A stretch of 64,000 bases of DNA from Fimbriosthenelais zetlandica (lineage: Eukaryota): positions 15,376,001-15,440,000 of the forward strand of contig OZ365114.1 in the NCBI GenBank assembly GCA_977030845.1. The letters are read 5' to 3'. Position 1 is the stretch's first letter; every line of letters starts with the position of its first letter. Position numbers and translations under genes: made by a program. The notes beneath the pieces are model-generated. The model was not told where the DNA came from and did not search any database. It was given only the letters and a program-made list of their open reading frames with translations. Below, one piece after another: positions 41,201 through 53,480 of this stretch.

Positions 41201-42899
41201 AGTGAGTTACCTCTGATGTAGATAGCCCCTTGTTCACATTTTTTTTAATATTTGTGATTCTGTTGGTCTACCATTCTGTGAATTAGTTATTAAAACCTAT
41301 TCAATCTTTCATTTCCCAACTTTCGGCATCACAGTCCAATAGTGAACTCATTGGGACGATACTGTTCATGTTTTCATAGACCAAGAGTAGTAAGTACTAG
41401 AATAAAACATGAACTGAGTAATGATTTGTCAGTGTGTTTTCACTAAGGCATTGGTCTAGTGGGTAAGCTGAGCAGAGCTGGGTCTTCTCATGTGTCATCC
41501 TCAAAATAGCATCAAAACACCCTCAGTTCTATTTGTCACTTACCGACTGGGAGGGTTGGCAAGTTTTAGTGGGAGGTGGGGCTGTAATTGAAGATATGTC
41601 ACACCGCAGGGCGATCCAGACCCCAAGCAATGGTCTCACGACTTCAGGTAGATTGAAAATCAATACTAAAGTCAGGGCAAACGGAAATGAATGGCCCAGC
41701 AGCCTTTCCTCAGAAGAGACTGAGTAAAGGGTACCTGGTAGAAAGGCTGGGGGTTAAACGGACAGCACTTTAGTTTGATCTGGCATGAAGACGGTACCCA
41801 TTATTCAGCTCGTGCATGCAAACACATAGTTCTTTATTGGTTCGCAGTGAATGGGGGAAACATGCGCATTACTGCTTGCTTACTTTGCCTAGCCTTTATG
41901 GGCTGAAACCTTGAAATGATTTTATGGCCATTGGTTGGAAAATGTTGAGTGTTGGTAGTGGCTCCCATGCTGATGCTACCTTTACTTGCATGCTATCAAT
42001 CTTGTATGATCAAAAGGTTTTATGGCTGAAGCAGGCTGCTTTCCCTAAGCTCTAAGCCCTTGATTCTGTATGCAGGAAGTGGAAAGGGCACCTTCACCTT
42101 TGGAGGCCTTAGATTTTCTATCTAGGATAAATTGATATAACATGTATAATATCCCCACCGCCAATGTGCCCTTTAAGTTAGATCACATAAAGCATTAGTG
42201 CAAATAGGTTCTTTTTACATCCAAAAGCATCTAGGCATTCTGTCTTCAAATTTGAATATCAGATTCATTGTGGGATATTTACCCATAAGAATCTGTATAT
42301 ATATATTGTACATGACCATTTTCTTCAATGTCTGAGCCAGACTAGATGTGCAAATATAGCTCACTGCCACAAACAAGCATTTTATAGCCATCCTCACCAT
42401 GATGGGGGAGCAGCACACTGCTGGGCCTGAGAGCAACTCATCTGTAATAGGTCATGCCTGAGTGCGCAGAGCTGGAGCAAGTCTGATGAGCTCATCCTAG
42501 CTCAGCTAAACATTGATCTAACCAGGCAGAGGGGCCATACACCCCCTGGCTCTTCTCCCTACTCGTCCCCTATTGGTTTATGACTATTTGCCAGCCCAGG
42601 TTACTTATTGATTTCACCGAAGACAGAAGCCATGTATGTCATCCCCTAGAGACTTAATTAAAATGTTTTTTTGAGGTTGGAAGAGGTTTCTCGTCGATTT
42701 TTTGTGCAAGCGAACACACTTTCTGAGCACTAAATGTGAAAAACCCTGGTGTTTGTGTCAACAGATCGATGAGTTGCATTGAATGGTTTTCTGCTTGATT
42801 CAACAACGCAGGGCAAATAAATTGATAGCGCCACAATGTCAAAACACACTTTAAATATCAATGTTAACTTTTGGTATGCACATTTCATCTGCAGCCATC

Positions 42900-43230
42900 A
42901 TCGTCTGAGTATGCAGAAAATCATGAATGTCCTGGATCTGGGGAAAGCCCTGAACATATATATAGGGAGAGAAATCAAGATGTCAGGGATTCCAAGTCAA
43001 TACGCCTTATCAATTGTGCACACAGAGCTGTGGATGGATCCATACCCATTTAAGCAATCACAATCACGGCCATGTGTGGCTTATTGCTCATGGCTGTGGG
43101 CTGGAGGAAGTGGCGGCATGCACGGCATGTGCTTGGCCTGCGGCGCGATCCATCGGATTCTCATACTGGCCAAATGCGGGCCATGCGCTACAGTGTTCCC
43201 CAAGGAGAAGCTATGGATAAGAGCTTTGTG
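42900..43230 (+). mobile_element. Decayed L2/CR1 RT core fragment
   Basis: VLDLGKALN at 42929 (FLDL.KAFD), KMSGIP, GWIHTHLSNHNH.V (WI.S+LSNR.Q.V), YSVPQG at 43189 (GVPQG), across frameshifts. Confidence 0.5.
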
Positions 43231-46200
43231 GAACACATGTTAGCCTTGGGGCTGGAGAGGGAGGAGCAGGAGCATTGCTGTCAGCCGGCTCTTATAGTTG
43301 AAGATGTGACCGGAACTAGTATGGGTTGGACATTGAGGTGGGTGTCGGAAGGTCTTGAAGTATAATAGTACTTGCCCAGTATATTATAATAGATCTATGG
43401 TGCATGAAGTGACAAGGGTTGGGATGGAATGGTGATAGTATGTGTTCAGCAGGACATGCATGTTGTACTAGGGGTAGGTACGGATATTATCAATTGAAGC
43501 TCAGGTTTTGTCAGTCAGAAATACATACATGTAGAATTAAGTAATGGACGAGCCTTGAGTTGAGAAGGGCTGATGTCATTTAGTACATTCAATGGGTCCA
43601 TGTAGGGTTGTGGGTTGGTTGCGTATCGGTGTACTTATGGGACCGGATATGGATTTTGAGGTAGTGACTTGGGGGTTAAGGAGGTGTGTGTGTGCGTGGG
43701 GCGGGGGTCTGTGAATCAAGTTTAAGTGGCTTCATATAAGAGGCAACTGTACGTTGAATTGGCTGAGAAGGCTTGGGAGTTGCAGGATTGGGAATATCTG
43801 CATGACTGAACATGGGATATTCATGACATCGCTGGACTCCGCTAAGACAACAGGCAGAGATTCATGGGCTATAAAGACAAGCTGCTCTTCACTTTATTGC
43901 TGTGTCAACATCGGATAAGCAATCGAAGTACAGGATCGGAGATGGATGGGGAAGGACATGCATTCCTAAGCTTATTGCTTGATTTATCATGCATCATTTT
44001 ATGTATGATTTATTCCTTGATATAAACCCATCTCCTGTGCTTAAACGGCTTAGGGGTAAGAGGAAGCAGATGCATTTTTTCTTAAAAGGTGAAAAAACAA
44101 CAAAAAACCCATTCAATTAGCTTTCTTCCTACTTTTTGTTCCAGCAATTGGCAATCATTTCAAAATTAATTATTTGGAAAGGCCAGCACTCGAAAATGAC
44201 AACTAATTAACTTGCAAAGCTTTTTGAAATAATTCTCACCTATTGGGCATTCAAGATAATATTATTACTCACATAATAATTTTATCATAGTAGGCCTAGT
44301 TCCTCGGTCCTGCAGTGTGTTTCTTCATTTACCTAAAGGAAGAACTATATTCTCATCACTGACTCATGAGCACCTCATTTCCTGACCATATTTGCTCACT
44401 ACTTAAGTATAACATTCACAACAGTTGTGCGGTATTTATGCTGGTGAACACAGCAGTCATAAAATCACGCCACACTAGACTGGTTTTATGACACCCTGTA
44501 CAAGACAAGCCCGACATTTTACTCCCATGTCCCTTTTTACTCTCATGTCTACATGCTTTCCGTTCAAGTGTAATGGGACATATATCATTCCTTAAGCGTG
44601 TATTGAATTGCCTTTAGACCAAGCCCCCAAATTTAGATCCCTGTTTGACCAATACCGGGGAAGGAACCATTCTCTGCTAGGCCATATCCAGACAATCCTT
44701 TTAAGAATTAAACATGAATAATACATGTATACATTATACCGATAATACTCCCCCCACAATAAAAATGTTTCCTTGTAGCTAAGGTCCTTTTATTAATACC
44801 ATTTTGCTTTATTAGTACCAGAGTTGCTGCTTTGGGCTGTAATGCATAACATTAACCTTGTTCCCCTGACCCAACCCAATATTTAACACGACAACAATTA
44901 TAATAGAGATCCTGCTGATAATGACAATGATGTCTTCCTCGGATTGTGTGACAACAAAAACAATGACTGTGAAAGAAGGGGGGGCGAGTGAAGAGAGGAG
45001 ATGAAGACAGCTGTATTTTTGTGATGTCAGCTCCTCTAAGTATTTTAGCCAGGAGAGAGACATCTTGACATGGCTCTAAGTGGAGAGACATGTCTGCCCC
45101 CCTTTAGCCTGCTGCTATTATCTCCCACTCTCCCATCATCGTAAGGGTTGCCTTCATTACATGTGTAGTAGGCTCTTCCCTGTTCTGACATCCATGGCTG
45201 GTGAGGACCAATTAGAAAGCTTATAGAAATGTTACGACTTCGGCAGGCTACTTTTAGCACCGAATATAATGTGCCACATACACCTTTAAATATGACTCAT
45301 TCTCACCTAACACATAATCACGTAAAATATGTCTATACTGGATCCATTTGCTTTCTTTTTTTGAGAATTGTAATTATTATTGGCAGATTGTAATAAACAG
45401 TGTTGAGGTTGAAGTGGTTCCTGAATGGTCCCCCATTCATGTTAAAATTGTAAAGAATATTGTGTTGTAAATATTATGAATACTGTTGGATTGATCAATG
45501 GCGGGCATTATTTGTGTATGCAGTGTGGCTGCAATGTTTGTGCCAACAGAAATAAAACACAAGCACGGACAGAACAAAGGGTATAACAAGTCCATCTATA
45601 CACAATTATTCTTCGAACTACAAGCGATTTTGAAAAAGATGTACATTCCATCTCCTTTGCTGAACAATTGACTTAAATACAAAGTAAAGCTAAAACATAC
45701 ATTTATTTTCTATTACTGACTTTTAACCTTATAAGATGGTCTTTGTTAATATGCCGATAGAGCCATATTCCCGATATAGCTTCTGAAACTCCTGCCCATA
45801 GCGTCTTTCAGCGTCACTTTCTTGAAGAAGGCCTGCCAAGGAAGGAAAGATAGGCTGCCACCAATTTGACCTGCCTGATAGGTTCCTTTTGCGCTTGTCT
45901 TTGACGTGGCAATCCGTCTTTTTGCTTATTTCCGCTGGCGGATACCCATTTAATTCACTCGGCCCCTGCCAACCCTTCTTGACATAAAAATGTTCGTTTT
46001 ACTCCGGCCAATCTTGAGTGCAGAATTTCTTTTTGCCCTCTGGTAAATCATTAATGCGCTGCCTTCCATCAGACCTACATATAAAATGTTTGCTGTGTTT
46101 GTGTCTCCCTCTGTGTTAAATAATATAATTTTTGAAAAAGAATAAACCATTCACAACTTCAAAGCTGCGTCTTACATTACCTATGGCACATGTTAATGCA

Positions 46201-46371
46201 AGTCCAACATCACATAAACAGTTTATTAAAGCACAAACATTATGTATCTTCAAAAAATATAGGTCATATAGACCTACATACAGAGGCCCTTTGCTTCACA
46301 TGTGAATTAATAATGTGAAGCACTACAACAGCCAGCATATTTTAATCTATATCAGTTATCTCTTCTGAGTC

Positions 46372-46448
46372 AGCGAGCGGTCGTTGGACTGGTCGTAGAA
46401 TTTGCTCCACATGTTGTTTCCTACGATAATTCGCTACGAACGCTCGCT
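46372..46448. repeat. Imperfect CpG-rich inverted repeat (about 30-bp arms)
   Basis: AGCGAGCGGTCGT...TCGTAG pairs with CTACGA...ACGAACGCTCGCT around a loop of about 20 nt. Confidence 0.7.
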
Positions 46449-46689
46449 AAAGTTATGCAACGAGGCAATACCAGATCATTTGAGATATGTTTTACCATAG
46501 AATTAGGCCTACAGTTTTTCTATGTCCCATACACTTAGCACTTTATGAACACAAATTTATTTCTGGCTTTCATAAAGGAATCTACCAAGGGATTACACAT
46601 CAGTGAGAATGTTAATGTTCGCTGTAAGACACTCCCAGTCTATTCTCAGGAGGGGTGTGTTTGAGTAACTCTCTTTCTTAAGCTGTCAA

Positions 46690-47010
46690 CATGTCAGAGT
46701 CCTTTCTCATTTCTGATCAGAATGGCATCAGCAATGGTACTTGTCACCCTTGCCTCCTGACGTCTTTCATTCCAAATCAGCAACATCGAATCCCTTCTCT
46801 CCCTCTCCATTTTTGCATCTTTTCTGCATTCAGTACGAAAGCAGAAAAACTGGGGTGGGTCTGGAACAAGTTTGCATATTTCCATAAACGCTGTCAAGCG
46901 TGCCTTGACAGCTCTCAGGTGGAAGATGGCTGATTTTATTTGGTCCCTGCACAATATTCTGGTGTCGCTGTAAGCTGGCCTCCCACCTCGAATCCCATCC
47001 GCCATTTTGA
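46690..47010 (-). mobile_element. Possible decayed L2 fragment
   Basis: QIKSAIFHLRAVKARL resembles +CKSA+FHLRNI.R+R. Single motif only. Confidence 0.3.
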
Positions 47011-47189
47011 CGTTCTGTTGTGTATAAGTTCAGGCAGGGAGAGCATTTTTCTTATCCTTTATCCCGCTGCAGTTTAAGGATTCCACGCATGGAGTAGAAA
47101 CATTTTGGGAATATCACTGTCAGTGTTTGTTAGGTACATGTCAAACGTGGTAGGTGTCTTTGTCCTCCCTGCCAGGGCTACGGGACCAG

Positions 47190-47460
47190 ACTGAATGCTA
47201 ATGCCCTTAACATGATTGCAACACCAACTGTCTATAAAAGTCTATGAATACGACTAAGTAAATGATTGGATTGTCAGCTATATCTGTCAAATATTGCTGT
47301 ATACTATTAGACCACACTGGAGTCTGTTTCAGTTGAACAATCAATGACCAACTCATAACAATTTTAACCCTAGTCAGTGGTTGGAAAGGTGTCCTACATT
47401 TCCCCCTGAGTATGGATTTCCACACTTGGGTTTTAGGAGTGTAACAGTAATACATTCCGA
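47190..47460 (-). mobile_element. Decayed CR1/L2 RT fragment
   Basis: CRTPFQPLTRVKI (YRPISLT...KI), QQYLTDIADN, VVFIDFYR (+VF+DF.KAFD). Confidence 0.45.
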
Positions 47461-48059
47461 GTCCGATGTTAAGACAGTTGTGATGTGCATAGCCTCTTGC
47501 CGAAGTCCCGTAGTACAGTGGGATTCAGTGTATTAATCATGGGGAGGCAGGTGTCCTATATAAAGCTGGGTAGCAGGTGGCTGTGATTCTATTAGACCAA
47601 CAGGTGCTATTGGTACTATATTGCAGCCGTAGTGCAATGTATACAGTACTTATTGTAAAAAGGACCATTTTGGCCAGACTGCCAAGTGCCATCCTGATGA
47701 ATTATTGTGATAATCAAGTGAAACAAAGCATTTTTCTCTATTATATTTGGCCCCCAATTATTATCGACATCCGGAATTTTTGGCTGCAGTATCAAAGTAA
47801 CTAAAAGTCAGATGAAGCCAAACCAGGGGAACGGATATAGGCTTAATCAATGAATATTTTACTACAGGACAATGCTATTTTGATCATGATTAATTGGTGC
47901 TAATACCGTTTTCAATTATTCAGAATTCCCATTAATTGAGAAGACAAGAAAGTTCAGAGTTCAGGCTTCGCTCTGTCATCTACTATTATTGTAAGATACA
48001 TTGGGTAGCTGGGGAGAAATGAGTGTGTTTCTTATAGTTAGTGCCTCAGGCACTGTCTA

Positions 48060-48420
48060 TCAGCAAGAGCGGCTCTTACAGCAGCTCATTTTGAATAACA
48101 AGCAGCAGCAAAATGCCTCGGCTTAAACAGGCTGAAATTTACATTAATTTCAATTAATGAAATCACTTAGAAATGTTGTTCTGTGGAGAAGGTGCCTCGA
48201 AAAGGCATTAGTTTGCATTAGGCTGCGAGTAATCAACAATTCGATCTGAAGGGAGGTCGGCCGGCTGAGAGTGAGACAGAGCAACTTCCGGTTGGTTAGT
48301 TGCTCATTTAGATGATAGCGGCTGCTTTTAGCTAGGATAAGAAACCGTCCACATTGTACCTGTCCTTCTAATCATGGTCATAAAACACTAAGTTACACTT
48401 TGTCACCCCTCAAGGTCAGG
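48060..48420. promoter_or_regulatory. Candidate enhancer / conserved non-coding element-like island
   Basis: No TE-like translation found. Clustered TAAT/ATTA homeodomain cores, ETS ACTTCCGG (48284-48291) and NR5A/ERR-type TCAAGGTCA (48410-48418). Conservation untested. Confidence 0.3.
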
Positions 48421-48859
48421 TTTCGTTCACGTTCCTTGGTTGGTCTGGCAAAGTGACACGGAATAATTAGTTGACTTTCATCTTGTCCCGAGTTTGAGAA
48501 AATAGATGGTCATCATAAAAGATCCTCCATGGGTCATAACCGAGACATTGCCAGAGATACACTGTAAAAAACAATTGAATATAGATTTGGCCTTCATTAC
48601 ACCTATCTCCACGGCGCAACCAGACATCAAATACAGTCGTTCAGCATATCTCACCTTCTTGATCTACTAATGCTGCCTTCCTTTAAAGGAATACACCTTA
48701 TTTTGATGCCGCCCAGGCAGTTTCCCACAATGCAACGTCCGTTAAGCAGTCTATGAGAAGTATATCTGCTGTCACATTAACACCCCTGACTTCCAGGCAC
48801 TGACACTGAATACTGTGGTAAATATGTCATTTGGTGGCACACCTCCTGCGGGTTGTGGC

Positions 48860-49100
48860 CTTATAGCGGAGCAGAGAAACCTTATGAGTTATGGTCGCCT
48901 TTAACATCCTCTGGCGGTGGCCTGTGGAGATGTTTATATACCGGTAATGACCTGTTCCCCAGTTCTCTCCCCGGGTTTGATCCCTCTAAGATGGGGATGC
49001 ACAACTCCATTGCGCGCTCCTGCATCATTAGTCCTGCTACGATAAATGCTTTCCGAGCTGCGCATGCGCAGAAAGGTATCAATCAAGGATCTGATTAATA
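48860..49100 (-). mobile_element. Possible decayed L2 C-terminal fragment
   Basis: AAR.....G....PIL and LPVYKHLHRPPPEDV resemble AAR+.TG..+H++P+L and L++YKALHG.AP.YL. Confidence 0.25.
49058..49071. promoter_or_regulatory. Perfect NRF1-type palindrome CTGCGCATGCGCAG
   Basis: Exact match to the TGCGCATGCGCA consensus. Function unknown. Confidence 0.4.
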
Positions 49101-49743
49101 TCCGTGCTTGCCCACACCAGGGAGGACATTAATGCACATCTCTGAAGACATGTCCCGCTGGGTGCCCTCAGTTCGAGCCAGTCACTGAAGCTCAATGAAT
49201 CCCATTTCAAAAAAGAAAATTGCGCCAACTCCTCCCGTGAGCTACTCAAGGAGTGATGAACAGTGGTTGAAAGATTCACATAACTTTGTCTGGTGCGTAG
49301 AAGTCACAGGAGAATAGAAGTTGGCTAAGGGGATAACATTTTTCAAATGAGGACTGAGGGGAAATTAAGGACAAATTTCCATCGGGGAAAGGTTATTTTG
49401 AGGCCGCGGACTTGTTTGTTTGAGTATTCATAATGACTGTAATAAGCCAGAGTATTCGAAATTTCCATATTACATAATTATCATTACAAATCATTTTCGG
49501 AGTTAGAATCTGAGATTTAATGTTCAAGATACATTTTTGTACCATAACAAAGGATAAGGACATTGCTAAGTCTGCATGCCCTGCAGAGGAATATCGAGAT
49601 TAAAATCACTAAACATGAATGGGGAACTGTCTCGCTCAAAAGCAACATATTTTACTGGTTTTCATTGGAAATAATACCCCAAGGTTGTATTTGTCCTTTG
49701 CCATAAACATTCGTCTTTATGAGCATCATCACTACCTGGACTA

Positions 49744-49817
49744 TTTTCAATGTTAAAGGAGGGTGATTTGAAATGCATTAAATGCATTTCAAATCATCGT
49801 CCTTCAACCATTAAAAA
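49744..49817. repeat. Near-perfect palindrome: 16-bp perfect arms around 1 nt (49764-49796), extending imperfectly to about 36 bp
   Basis: TGATTTGAAATGCATT-A-AATGCATTTCAAATCA, read directly. Confidence 0.92.
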
Positions 49818-51038
49818 CTTTAATTGAAAAGTGCAGTGAAACCGTCTTTAAAGATCCCCTTTCCGCAAACTGTCAGTAGTATAATTTGTCCTCTTGTCCT
49901 TTCATAATGAATTCGGCCTTTGTGCTATAGATCAGAATTTATACAATGCAATCTGATTTTAAAGCTGAACAAAAACTTGAGTGCAAAAGAAGAACTGTTT
50001 TTACATTTTTCATTTGCAGTTTAAGGCCAATCTTTTAGTGTCTGGTTTCCTTCTACCTTTTCCTCGTGGCCAAATATGCTACACATCAATTTGTCATCAG
50101 CTTTCAATGTAGCCATATTATGTGCTGATGTCGATCTTTAATATCAATTTCCTAGGAATGCATCAATCTTGTAAACTTGTTCTCATTCCACCATGCATGA
50201 AGCCATGGCCATACATACCTTTGACATTCAGCCCTGATACCTGTGACTTGGAGGGATTACTTTAATTGACTCGACTGATGTAAGTCCTCCCCTGCGGGGT
50301 GCTGAGGGGCCATTCGTTTAATATAAGAGGGGGACTAAAATATAGCCGCCTGATTCCTTCTCCCACAGGGTCAAATGTAACAAAAGGTCAAAGCGCATGC
50401 AGGGGTCTGCTGTTGAAGTGCTTGATCATCATGCTGTAAAGGCTGACAAATATGAGTAAAAAATGAGTCGGGCCAAAGGCTGCGGTCTTTACCGATTTCT
50501 GTTAGTGATAACACTGATATACACGTAAAATACTGAGAAGCGTGATGTTGCTGTGCATAAAGTGAATGCTGGCCTCTAACGAAGCTCTTCTTGCTTGTCT
50601 CTCAGGTTCAAACCAGAGCCAGAGTGGCTATTTCTAAGACAGCGTCCAATCAGTGTCTAATTACTTGTGGTATGGACTGTTATAACGCCCGGTATTTCTC
50701 ACATTGCACTCTCTGTGTCTTGCTAATGAAGAACCTGCATGACACTTCACTCTTGCTTGCCTTTGTATGGAGTTGCTCGCTGATTTGGCGACTAAGTCAC
50801 CTGTCATGTGTGCTGACTGATACAAGTTCCTGCTGCCGTGATATCACAAGCTTTTTGCTGAAATATCTTTCATTCAATGTATCCTCATTGATCATGAAGT
50901 TAGATGCGTTGCCCAGGGGTCTCCAGAGTGTAAGTGGTATGAATTAGACTTCTGAAGCACTTTAATGGGTTGCCATTTAAGATTCAGACTGGCGTCAGTA
51001 TAATACTTTGGCTTTGAGTGTCAACCGCGAGTATCTAA

Positions 51039-51086
51039 TAAAGGTATATTTTTAAAGGTACTATTTAAAGGAATATATTTTAAAAA
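51039..51086. repeat. Degenerate AT-rich tandem repeat of about 14 bp (TAAAGGTATATTTT-like), 3 copies
   Basis: Read directly. Confidence 0.7.
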
Positions 51087-51429
51087 GCCTTGCAAAAGTC
51101 GCATGGCAAGAAAAACGCAAAGAATCGAGTGCGTTTCCAGTGTATCCCCGCCATAATCTGAGCAGTTATTCCCATGAGGAATTTTCTCAATGTCTCCTTT
51201 AGGTACTGTTTTATTACCAAAGTGAACTCGGACACAGGAAAAGCAATTTCAAGAAGACAATTGAGCGAGATTTGGTTTGAGAATCAATAAGAAAATGTGT
51301 CCATGATTCATCTAAATGGGTGTAACCAGGCTGATGCCACTAGGATGCTACTATACTTACCACTGAAACCATCCACTGTTTTGTAGGCTTCTACATATGT
51401 TATTAAAGAAATATGCAAATTGATACTGG

Positions 51430-51720
51430 TCAGGTGGTTACATATTAGTGTATCCAAGTTGATGTCTATATATGCACAGTTTAATAGTAAAATCCTGTTG
51501 TAGAGTATTTGATATTTAGAGCTTGTGATGCTGGTTGGAGTCTAGAGACGTTTCGCTTTTGATTGATGATAAGGGACGGGGTTGGAAACTGATATTGATA
51601 TCCAATATGAGATATATTTTATTTAGCTTGGCATATCTTGGTATGCCGAGTACTTCTAATTGACTATGAAATGATAGCAATGAACTGAAAGAACTGAGCA
51701 TGATCTAGAAATTATTCCGA
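51430..51720 (-). mobile_element. Possible decayed L2 fragment
   Basis: LEVLG / ILDINISFQP (ILDSNLSF..H) / LLNCAYIDINLD..CN (L+HAF++SRLDYCN). Confidence 0.35.
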
Positions 51721-53149
51721 CTCAGTTATTTGTATAATCATGCTGAGGATGGAAGAGAAGATGGCTGAAGGAAGGGAGGGACGAGGCCTGAATAACTGCT
51801 CATCGCTGAGGCAGAAGGCTGTGTCTGAGAGTTGCTCAGGCATGAGATGTGGGTGGGCAGGAGCAGCTCGGCCTTCCTATCTCCTCCATACTGTCAAAGG
51901 TTGTCTCTTATACTACATGGTAGGCGCCACCAACTACCCTTCTCCCCGCCCATAGTCTCACCCGGGTGTAAGACTTGGAAACACCATGAGAGAAATGCAC
52001 TTAACACAGGGGTTTTAAGCTTGATCTGGTGTCCTACCCCGCGAGTGTGACACAAATAAAATGATACTCCACTTCCAAAAAGATTTGTTCCCCCTAAATC
52101 TACCACGAGTAATGTGTTATCTAACATTGTCCTACATTTCAAAAAAACATAAGACCACCGTTCCTTTTTTACCAAAGACTATTGCTTTCTTCACATTATA
52201 ATTCAATGATACATGAGGCTTTCATCCAACATAATTGAAATAAGTGCACATGTAGCCTTGCGTTAGAATTTATGTTTATGCCTTTTGTTTTTAATGTTTT
52301 TTTGGAGAAACAATGGGGAAGTCAATTAACCAAGTTTCTCAAATTGGACCTGTTTTCAAACCCAAGTGAACTGCTCGATTGGTTTACATTTTTAACATTA
52401 CACATTTTCAAAATGATGTTCGAGTAACAGCCATTGCTTTTTAGCACTTAATCGATTGCACAAACAAGAAACTGTCTTCGTTGGGGATAATTAATGAGCC
52501 ATTAATATTATTGATGGCTTTTGTTGGCTTGGTCTTACCACATCAGATGCAGAGATGCAATCTAAATAAAAACGCAAAAAAGCATGAAGATAATGAATTT
52601 TGAAAGGGGCTGGCTGAAATTCCAACAGTGCTGGTATTATAAGTGATGATAGTGTGAAGCTGCGGCACAGGAAGGATAACGATTTACTGGCTCTTATAAC
52701 GCGAGGTAAGGCAAAGAAAAAGGATAGAAGGGAGACTAGCAAGAAGAAAACTCCCCTCCCCCCTACCTCCACACCAACGCCTCCCTCTTTTCACTATCTC
52801 CGAGCCTGTGATAATCCATCGTTTTCTGCTGTTGGAAACTGAACGCTCTTTTATGTGGGCTTACCGGAGAAATAAAATCCCCGAGTAGGTTCGGCTCCGG
52901 CAGGATAACAGCAGTTTAGAAAAGTGGAACAAAAAGCAGTATATATAAGCAAAGGCCAAGTAAGGGATGTTAGGCAATGTTTACTGTATACATGTATACT
53001 CTTGCGTCTGATACTTTCTACTTACTTGTATATAATTTATATGTATCGGTAGCCAAAGAGTGGAATCCTTTTATTTAAACAAGGTACGCCAATATAACAA
53101 TTGCTCCAGTAACTCTAAAGTATAGTGCTTTAGCGTAACTTCATATTCC

Positions 53150-53480
53150 CATGTGCATCACCCTTCATCCCATTTCCCGTCTTATCTCTGTCCTACTTAT
53201 CAGAATTATGTTTCCTTTGAAACATACTTCCTTTCATTATCTAACCATAAGCTCCTTACATAATTCCGTACAGTTGAAAAACTATGGAGCTACAGTTGAA
53301 AATATAGGTTCAAGCAGTCGATCAGCTGCTGTTGGAATGTAGATCTATATACTATAATACCATTTTAATTACCGATCTTAATCATTCCACATTTCCCAAT
53401 ACCCATTGGTCGTTACTAAATCTAACGTTGTATTTCGATCTTTAAATTATCAATGTGGCTCAGTCCTTAAACACGTCCTT
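53150..53480 (-). mobile_element. Decayed CR1 endonuclease C-terminus and linker
   Basis: TEP....RNTTLDLVTTN at 53434-53402 (EPTR..N.LDLVLTN), then FNCTELCKELMVR**KEV (F..LR.EL..+DW.E+). Confidence 0.47.

Noticed and set aside
40918-41205. Plus-strand ORF with SHSLRSG (tyrosine-recombinase-like), ending at a GTGAGT donor
   Set aside because: No upstream catalytic Arg box or downstream Tyr. The opposite strand is better explained as an RTE fragment.
42510-42530. TTGATCTAACCA, a 12-nt match to part of miR-218
   Set aside because: The seed region differs and there is no precursor hairpin.
49170-49185. Pol III B-box-like GTTCGAGCC (also GGTTCAATACC near 56980)
   Set aside because: No A-box or cloverleaf, so not a tRNA or SINE.
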